A stretch of DNA of 60,493 nt, the filler included, from Hausera hauseri (Eukaryota), in NCBI GenBank assembly GCA_046269625.1. It is 11 parts of 11 records of this genome, joined end to end, with 100 filler letters (N's around TTAATTAATTAA, not from the genome) between each part and the next. Parts side by side here need not be neighbours in the genome. Positions count along the whole stretch, not along the records: positions 47,581 to 55,589 come from JBJURY010823195.1; positions 55,690 to 60,493 come from JBJURY010429585.1; 9 more parts are not named here. One strand, written 5' to 3'. Every line of letters starts with the position of its first letter. Positions within the stretch are counted from its first letter, which is position 1. The notes under the pieces were generated by a model. That model searched no databases. It was given only the letters and a program-made list of their open reading frames with translations, and was not told the DNA's origin. Of the stretch, positions 51,853 to 60,493 are shown piece by piece. A program made the translations under genes and the position numbers.

Positions 51853-52459
51853 TCAAAATTTTCGGATAACATTTCGTGGCTTCCTTGTACTTCCTAACTT
51901 GTGGACTAAGCCATAATAGTGTAAGCAAATTGAATTACGAATTCGACTTTTGAGAAGTTGGTAAGCTTCGGGTAGTGGAAATTTAGAAATATTTACAGAA
52001 AATAAAAATGTATCATTAATCGGCTTACGTTCGAAAGTGATAATTTGGGTTCCAAAATCGTCGAGGAACATGTTTAACACGGTGTTATCCCGTAACGATC
52101 TGAGTATTTCCGGAAAGTACGAAATCATTCGGTGAAACATCGTTGGCACTATATGCAAAGTTGTGTGTCAAATGATTTGTAATCGAACGTCTGATGTAGC
52201 TGTCCGTCTCTTCAGGCCAATTCATTCGCCATTGTCTTTTATGACGAATGCAGAACCAGGGTACAATGAATCATTGTTGATGCACGGCACCTGACTTAGT
52301 GCCTGAGCCTTGCTGGCCAAATTCTTGGTGATTATCAATCTATTCTCGCAGCGAATTCCGACATTTACGCAATAGTGAGCCAATGCCTGTTTGAATTCGG
52401 TGTTTTGATCAGTTCTAAAGTTAATGTCATTACCAAAATAACTCTTCTTTATAATCGTT
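51853..52459 (-). pseudogene. Unidentified host-gene-like fragment fused downstream of the MCM2 fragment
   Basis: Protein-like frame (EFKQALAHYCVNVGIRCENRLII...HIVPTMFHRMISYFPE) with stops; the family was not recognised. Confidence 0.4.
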
Positions 52460-53325
52460 TTAAACGCGTTAATCAGCGAAACTTCCTCATCGTTTAGTAC
52501 ACTGGGGATGAGTTGTTCGTCAGTTTTTATGAGGTTATTTACGAGGATATAAATATTAAACGCAGGAAATCCATGTTTGATATTTGTTGACGAATCGTAT
52601 TGCAAACAAAATGCCAGTAACATCAATTTCGTCATCAGGTTTGCACATATCAACAAGGTCGTCCATCAGAACTGTCTTCTGACTACGTGGCAATCGCCCA
52701 GCAACAACATATCCTGAAGTTTCTTGAATAGTAATTCTTTGATAATTTTTGTATACAGTCTGTTCAGAATCGATGTTAAAAGGACCAATCGACTGGCAAT
52801 CTGGACAAGATGTCGGTTTAATTTGCTTATTCACCTCTGATTATATAAACGGTCGAACGACGCAGTGACATTTGACGCATCCATAATAAGCTTGACTTAA
52901 CTGAGGGAAAACATTTGTGCAATTTGCAACTACTCCAGAGACACGAACCAACTGACCGATGTGAGCCTCACGTAGAGATCTTATTTCCTCAATCAAGGGA
53001 AGATGGCAAATGCGTATGTGGATAACGTTTGATATTTTCTCGTAGTTTTTGTGTCTGTTTGATGACTTCAAATGCTACCTCATGAAATATTTTCAGCATT
53101 TCCAATGGTGCTTCCGGTACAAAATATGCAAATGCCTGTTCAGTTGCTACCAAATGATCATAATCGACAACGACACTTCGCTCATTCCTTTGTGCCATAG
53201 CAGAAATTCGTTCAGAATACATCAACTTCCCCTCGGAATTCATGTACGGTTGCAAAAATGTAAAACGATTTTTTATTGTTTGTCTCGTTTGCGGTAAGAA
53301 ATCCAGATGAATTCGGACACTTTCT
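52460..53325 (-). pseudogene. MCM2: MCM2 N-terminal fragment (helical, Zn-finger and OB domains; no AAA+ domain)
   Basis: [86 protein letters not shown]. It has frameshifts and a stop. Confidence 0.93.
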
Positions 53326-54521
53326 ATATTTGTTCCAGTTCTCATTAACTGGAAGATAAAGAGAATCCATTTCAAGCACCCCGGCAATCGTTGCCAAATT
53401 AGGGGGACGATTACAAAATTCAGGCCATAATTTTCGAAATATCAAAGCAGTCGTTAATACATCGGTAGCGCAATATGTGGTTAGGCTTTGAAAATCTTTT
53501 ACTACAGATTCCATAGAACCCTTTATGAAAACTTCTTGCAACTTGTTACTTGTAGCAATATTACTTTTAGGATAATAATGTGTGAACACTTCATATAGGC
53601 TAATGAATGAAGCGTCATTGATCCACTTTTCATTATCTCTAATATCTTCTATAGAAAAATCATCAATATCTTCCCGATTATTTGCATAAAATTGCTTCTA
53701 TAATTTATTGTAAACACGATTTTTATCAAATGACTGTTTCAAACTCCTCTATAACGACGTCATTCCGCAAATGGCAATATGTAACGACATTGTATCGATA
53801 AACCGAATAGCGCTACCTGCAATATAGTATTCATCCATTATTTGTTGTCGATCGCGAGTAACAAAATGCCCAATTATACATTTAGGTTTAAATTTATTCA
53901 TTCTATCGGAAATCGGAGCCAATTCGTCGCTTGTTATATTGAGATTATTCCGTGGAATACCCTTTATCAACTGATCACTCGTCCATGAATACAAATTGTT
54001 GGCTCCCAAAGCAACAGCAATTATTGCCCGATGACTTTCAGCAGTGATTATTTCAACGTCGAAAAACAATAGATCTTCATCTGGAACGTCAACCTTACTT
54101 GCACTTTGATTGATTTTATTGTATTTCGTCCATCCACTTTAGAATTTCCACTGTTTTGGAATTGTTGGAATATTCCAATCACCAATGACGTCGTTAAAAA
54201 GTGTCAAAAAGGTGAAGTAATCCGTTTAGCAGCAATTTCTAGATGGCTTTCAACTTTATTTCTATGCATCGTCGGTAGGTTGAATTCAACGAATATACTT
54301 TTATACGTTTTTGAAATATCAACATTCAATTTCTCAAAAATGCTACACGTTTCACGTAAATCAAGTTTTTGTGGTGGTGAATTGTGAAAAAGTCTATTTC
54401 GGAGAGAATCACTTATCATTTGAATATTTATTTTATTCATTCTTTTAACATGCGTTTCACGAAATGCAAAACATCGAATCAAATAATTATTTGAAGACCT
54501 GAAAATTTTTAATGTCGCCAT
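53326..54521 (-). pseudogene. POLG: Mitochondrial DNA polymerase gamma N-terminal/exonuclease fragment
   Basis: NIQMIS, GWTKY, FFDVE (ExoI), IIGHFVTRDR (ExoII), FIDTMSLHIAICG, YCATDV (ExoIII), LEMDSLYLPVNENWNKY. It has stops and a frameshift and is truncated before the polymerase domain. Confidence 0.92.
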
Positions 54522-55833
54522 TTCGCGATCTATGAAAAACAACAGTTCTAAATCAACTGATAAATCAAATACATTAAATTCGTCGGCAATACTAACCATT
54601 TCTTCATTATCTTGGAGAATCTGGGTATCGTTAAAAGTGAAAAATACATTTTGTTCATCCATTTTCCAAAATATGCTCTGACACCAATTTATTATATAAA
54701 TAAAGAAATTCGCCAATATGAGTCAACCGAATCCGTACTGAGTTAAAATTAAACAAATTGATAATAAACGAAACCTCAGGGAAATCAAACTCCAATCAAA
54801 ATGGTTAGAATTATTCCAAAATTGATAGTGGGTAAAGTTAACAAAATAATCCAAGCAAATCTGCAATAAATAATTTCACTGAAACAAGAACAGTTTCTAA
54901 TTCTACAGTTGTAAATAAAATTCCGAATGAATAACGACTCATAAATAATATTGTTCACAAATCAAAATGGCTAATGATTGATTTATTGCAACGCAAACTG
55001 TACATTGTAAAAAATTGTACCATATTTAAACAGAATTAAAAGTTTCAACAGTTTTTTATATAGGACACCATATAGTACAAAATGCCAAAGATTTGTTGAC
55101 ATCAAATTAAAATAACCAAAATTAGAACTACTACAGATGAGAAGAAATAAGCTGTACAAGAAAATATCACAAAAATTATGTAATGTAACGTATAAGTAGA
55201 TGTGACATAACAAACAATGAGTCATATCGATGATGTGTGCAATCATTTTGTAACAACGTTGAATATCGGTGTCTGATATGGTTTGAAAGAAATTTGCATA
55301 AAATGATGTAACTGATCTGTCGTTGACAATGAACCTTTCCAGAAACTGGGTCAAGGATGTCCGGAGCATTGGAACGTATTTATTTAGAAATGAATCTTCC
55401 GTGCAACTTGATGTATTGTCCATACAAAGGATACATATTATGATGTTGGTCGATCGTTCCTGGGTTATTTGTAGAAAAAACACTATGATGATGGTTCAGA
55501 ATTGAAGTTAATTTCTAACGCATATTCATGTAACAGATAACATTGAAAATTCATGTTGTATTTAACATCAATTGATTTTGTTTCAAGAGNNNNNNNNNNN
55601 NNNNNNNNNNNNNNNNNNNNNNNNNNNNNNNNNTTAATTAATTAANNNNNNNNNNNNNNNNNNNNNNNNNNNNNNNNNNNNNNNNNNNNATAAGAAGAGC
55701 CAATTTTTAAATATTTTGTTGCTAGATAAGAGTGTTTTGTATAATTGTATGTTTTGACAGGTACTTGTATTTGCGTTTTGTGTATTGTTTACCTAAGTAG
55801 GGTACCCTGATTGGTGCTGGGGTAGGTAAGGGG

Positions 55834-58800
55834 ATATAATTTTGTTAAATTGTATAAATTTATGTAATATCAGCAAATTCCTGTCCTTGGGTGGTATCCA
55901 ATTTCTTCTTCGTCTTCTTCATGTTGTAAGCCTTAATAATGGTGGGTGTCGTTAGCAGATTTGGGCTAGGTGGATACCGAGGTAGTAGGGGAGATAATTT
56001 ATTCTTAAGTAATAGTAATGTATATAATAGTCCTTATAGTAAGTATTCATAAGGGGGTTGTTCAGCTGCTTCAGGTGCTTCTTCAAGGTGTCGTCAGCAG
56101 AGGTGGGTTAGGTGGATACCCTTTCAGGTTGTTATGTGCTTGTTTATAGTGTTTTGTGACTTTATAATCGGTAGGTTGATGATTATAATATATGGTGTTT
56201 CTTCTGATCTTGTCTTGTCGAAGGGGTTTGGGGTGGGTCTTCGACGCTGTGTGGTAGCTCTAGCAGAAGGTTGACCATTGCAGTAGATATCTCGTTGTTG
56301 AAGGTGGATCTCATCCATGGTGGTTGAGGTCTTCGTCGTCAGCATCATCAAATGACTAGTATTTCCCAAGAATTGGGTCTTGTCTATGGTTGTTGAGGTC
56401 TTCGGGACTAGGTATTGGTTGTGTCTTGTCTGTTGTAGTGATAAGGGTATTAGTCAGCACCATCAGGTGACCTGTCGTATAAGGAAGGGGGAAGTTTTGA
56501 GCGTTTTTAGATTAGTCATATCATCAGGTTTCCTGATGTTAATGGTATTTGGCAGCAACATGTGCCCGGTTGGTTGTATAATGAAGGAGAAGGTAGTAGT
56601 GTTGTTAGTGATATTAGTCGTCATCACGAACCGTATCGTATAAGGAAGGGGAAGATAGCAGCAGTGTTAGGTGTTAGTCATCTGGTTTTACCTTCATCAG
56701 CACTTTATGTCGGCCATTTTTCCAAGTCAGCCACTTTCCAGTTCAGGTCGGTCTTTCAGGTCGGCAATTTTCCATGTCGGCCTATCAGGTCAGGCATTTT
56801 GTTTTTTTTCCATGCAAGCAATTCTCAATAGAGCCAACTTTATTCAAGTTGCCCTTTCAAGTTTTAAGTCGGCCATTTTTTTCAGGTCAACTATTTTGTT
56901 TTTTCAAGTCGGCCTTTCAGTTCGGCCATTCAAATCGGTCATTTTTCCAAGTCGGCCATTAGAGTCGGCCATTCAGGTCGGCCATTTTCTTTTTCCATAC
57001 CGATAAAATTGCAGAGCGACAACTTTATTCAAGTCGTTCTTTCAGGTCGGCCTTTCAGGTTGATCATTTCTTTTTATATATATATCCTACTCACAAAGGC
57101 TCCACCCCACATGTCTTGGGTGATGGTTTCTCATCGTAGCTGTCAGTATCTTCCACGACGTCTTCATCGTTTATTATAATGTTATAGTCACTTGGGTACA
57201 TGATGGTATCTGAAGACTGTGATGTTGGTGTTGGCGTGCTTGGAGGCGGGGTTAGGCTAACACAAGGATAACAGTTACGGGTTCTCACAAAGTGGGATGT
57301 CACTAGACTATGATATTTGTCTGGATGCGGATCAATACATCAAAGTGTTGGATGGCCCGTGAATGGTATTTTTGAGGAAGATCTAGGCAATAGTACAACC
57401 CTAGTTGCACCAACAACGGACACAAAATACAAAAGCGAGCTCTATAGATTTAAAAACATTTGAGGTCGCTTGCTTGAGGAGTCTAAGAAATTGGCATGAT
57501 TCCACAGAGAAAGAACATTGGTGGCATAATCCTGATTGTCCCGGAAAAATTTAATTATTCCGCTCGATCAAAAACTCGCAGAACTCACAGAAACATTTTG
57601 GGTAAGAATAGTATTTCTGTAAATTTCTTTGTTGTCTTATTACTCGGCCGGGTCGGATCATCTTTCTACATGATATATTTTATTACCCTGTAAAATGTTT
57701 TACTTGTCAGTGTAATTTTAACTCTGCCTTTCATGGAGAAAATTGTTGATCCACTTTCGAACGAGCTTCGGCAAAGTAATTTTTCATAACAAGCTTTCAA
57801 GAGGACAAGAAAATGAAGAGATGTTATAGAGATCATGGAATTGGTTTTTTTTTTCAAGTGGAAAGACCTCAGCAGTGTCCATTTATTGTATAACTACCAT
57901 GATACTGAATCAACAACCACGAGTCGTCAAAGATGGGATGGAACGTTGACATATCAAGCAGTGTCAAAGACTGCAGAGCGGTCTTGGATGGAATGAACAA
58001 AGCTGATATTCTGCACACCATATATAATGCACATATAAATTAATATGCTGTACATGACATAAAATCAGTCCTTTTATAATTTATAATGGCATGCATCCTG
58101 AAAACTTCCTGTTGTTGGAGTTTGGAAGAAATTTGGTCATGGCACTCATCAAAATGGCAACAAACAAAAACAAAATAGAGCTTGACATTCATTTGACACC
58201 AAAAATATTTTCTGTTTGAAAAGTTCAATCTGAATCAGACTACAATTGTTCTTTCTGTAATTTTTTTTGGTGCTGCAATGAAAAAAAAATTGAAGATGTT
58301 TTCTAAAATATCATGTACAGTAATGCAGTCTGATGACGAGAAGGTCACTGACCTCGGTTCCTGACGGTAATTATAAGTACCATCTTACAAAAAAAACATG
58401 TTGAAATATTTAAAAAACATTTTCTTTCTATGATTATTGCTCACCAAAAGCTGCCCTGTGACACAAAAATTGTAAGAAAGTTATTGGTAAATTAATTCAG
58501 GTTACAAAGGGTTAAGGGTTGTGTCGGGACAAACAGTATTCAGAAGATGAGACAAAAACGCAAACGTCTTGAACATACTCATTGTAAAATTATACTTTAA
58601 CCCCTATTTTTTTCTTTCCTCTTCTTCCACCCTGAATACCCTGAATTTAAAAAAAAAAAAAAGAAAAAAAGACATAACCGCTAAATTCAGGAAAGCATTG
58701 CGGGGTCCCCACACAGAATTTTGTGTGGGGTGGCTGGAAGACAAGGCAAACCAACTAGCACATATTTGTGATATGTGGACAACGATTCGACTACTCAGAT

Positions 58801-59793
58801 GGGTTCTCCATTATGATAGACGGAAGATCCGCTCAGCAACAATGACAACACCCTCAACCTCACCTCCAAGCTTGCCAACATCAACATCACAGTCTTCAGA
58901 TACCATCATGTCCCGACATGGAAACAGTTGTCGCTCTATAAAACTGTTGGCATGGAAAAAGAAAATGGCCGACCTGAAAGGCTGACTCGAATGGCCGACA
59001 TAGAGAAATGGTCTGCTTGAATGGTCGACCTGGAAAAATGCCCGCCCTGAATGGCCGGATTGAATGACCGACATGGAAAAATGGCCGACCTGAAAGCCCG
59101 ACTTGAAAATGGTTGTGCTGAAAAAAAATGGCCGACTTGAAATGTCGACGTAAATAGGCAAGTGTGTTGCCTCTAGGGAAAAATTGCTGGCATGGAAAAA
59201 GAAAATGGCCGACCTGAATCGAAAGGCTGACATGGAAATGACCTGGACAACCAGAGACAAAACCCAGTCCTTGTGAAATACTAGTCATCTGATGATTATG
59301 ACCACGAAGACCTCAGCCACCATGGATCAGATCTGCCCTCAGCAACCAGGTATATACTACAATGGTCAACCTTGTGGTAGAGCCAGCCCTCAGCAAGATG
59401 GACATGACCTCAAGTGCTGCCCCGAAGACCCACCCCAAACCCATTGGAAAAGACGTGATCAGAAGAAACGCCATATTACATAATCATAAACCTACAGATT
59501 ACAAAGTCACAAAACACCATAAACAATTACATAACAACCTTTGTATCCACCTAACCCACCTCTGCTCACGACACATCGAAGAAGCACTCTGACAACCCCC
59601 TTATCAATGTTACTATTATTTAAGAATAAATTATCTCCACCTGCTATCCCAGTAACCACCTACCCCACATCTGCTGACGACACCCGCCATTATCGAGGCT
59701 TACAATATGAAGAAGACGAATTAGAAAACGGTAATCACCCAAGGATAAGAATTTGCTGACATTACATAAATATATAAAATTTAACAAATTATA
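55834..59793. repeat. Large diverged inverted duplication: arms ~55834-57270 and ~58846-59793
   Basis: For example ttcgtcttcttcatgttgtaagcc (~55910) vs ggcttacaatatgaagaagacgaa (~59700). Both arms encode TSQSSDTIM and carry (aaaatggccgac)n arrays. Confidence 0.9.
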
Positions 59794-60493
59794 AATTATT
59801 AAAGGGTTTCTCATTTTGTTCTTTACATTTTAACTGCCCAAACTTCATACACTTCATAATAGTTGCTGTATATTTGAGATAACAAAATGCACCCTTTACA
59901 GAGCCTGTCGATTGTTAAGGGTTAAATTTTTATTTTCATAAGAACTCACTTGGCCGTAAATTGATGTATTTCCACTTCTTTGACCATGCTTTCCATTGTC
60001 TCTGCTATCCGATTTGGTTTATTACTTTGAATTTCATAAATGTAAAAGTTTCGTATATTGGAACGACAAATCGTAGAATCATAAATATTCCATTTGGAAA
60101 TAGCAATTTTTAAATATTTTGAAAACTAATATATACATTGTCAAAGTAGAGTAAATGAAATGAACATATAATTAATATTGGCTTTATGAAGACTGTCGTT
60201 TTCACACAATGGTGTACTGATCAGGCTACATACTGTATAAAGCCACTCAATATTTACTTTAAAAGAAACGGGTATGCAAAGATATTTATTTATTATGTTT
60301 AGTTCATATAAAGTAAATTTGATACTTTGACGAGATCCACGGAAATAGCAAATTTGTTTTCTGTTACCCTATCACAGTCAACTTTGTTTAATATCTTAAT
60401 TAAAACAATCTGCTGACATCACGGAATATACCGCTTATCATCAAACTATAAAATTATTGTAAAAATAGACATGAATTATTAATAATTGTATTA

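Noticed and set aside
54983-55483. 166-aa ORF as a Mediator subunit
   Set aside because: The resemblance is too vague to name.
56671-57006. Repetitive ORFs (SAIF/QVGH), also 58811-59288; CRISPR-like appearance
   Set aside because: These are translations of a degenerate short repeat. There is no constant repeat/unique spacer pattern and no cas genes.
58505-59926. piggyBac-like TTAA-CCC/GGG-TTAA ends (~58505, ~58597, ~59918)
   Set aside because: The match does not extend beyond about 8 bp, so they cannot be paired confidently.

Overview
This is not one locus. It is 11 eukaryotic contigs joined by artificial 100-bp spacers (N44-TTAATTAATTAA-N44): 1-8089, 8190-12299, 12400-16378, 16479-20894, 20995-25429, 25530-31059, 31160-36527, 36628-42755, 42856-47480, 47581-55589 and 55690-60493. 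Contig 1 is a decayed Maverick/Polinton endogenous virus. It has a packaging ATPase, chromo-integrase, two minor-capsid paralogs, core-like proteins, major capsid and adenain protease. It also carries a divergently oriented TATA-binding-protein-like gene, and TATAAA boxes sit 37-40 nt upstream of several of its start codons. Five contigs (2, 3, 4, 6, 10) hold decayed copies of one Ty3/Gypsy lineage. Contig 5 has a second Gypsy with an open RT-RNaseH frame plus an RTE LINE fragment. Contig 7 has a third Gypsy whose integrase runs into a signal-peptide-like, Cys-rich repeated env-like domain. Contig 8 is a collapsed 6051-bp tRNA-cluster repeat of fish-like character containing a Dada-type transposase remnant next to a split tRNA-Gly. 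Contig 9 is a BEL/Pao element with CCCH-type fingers, cut by an AGTAGT Polinton-like end. Contig 10 also holds a head-to-tail chimera of POLG and MCM2 fragments. Contig 11 is a large diverged inverted duplication. All assignments come from motif recognition by eye; no searches were run.
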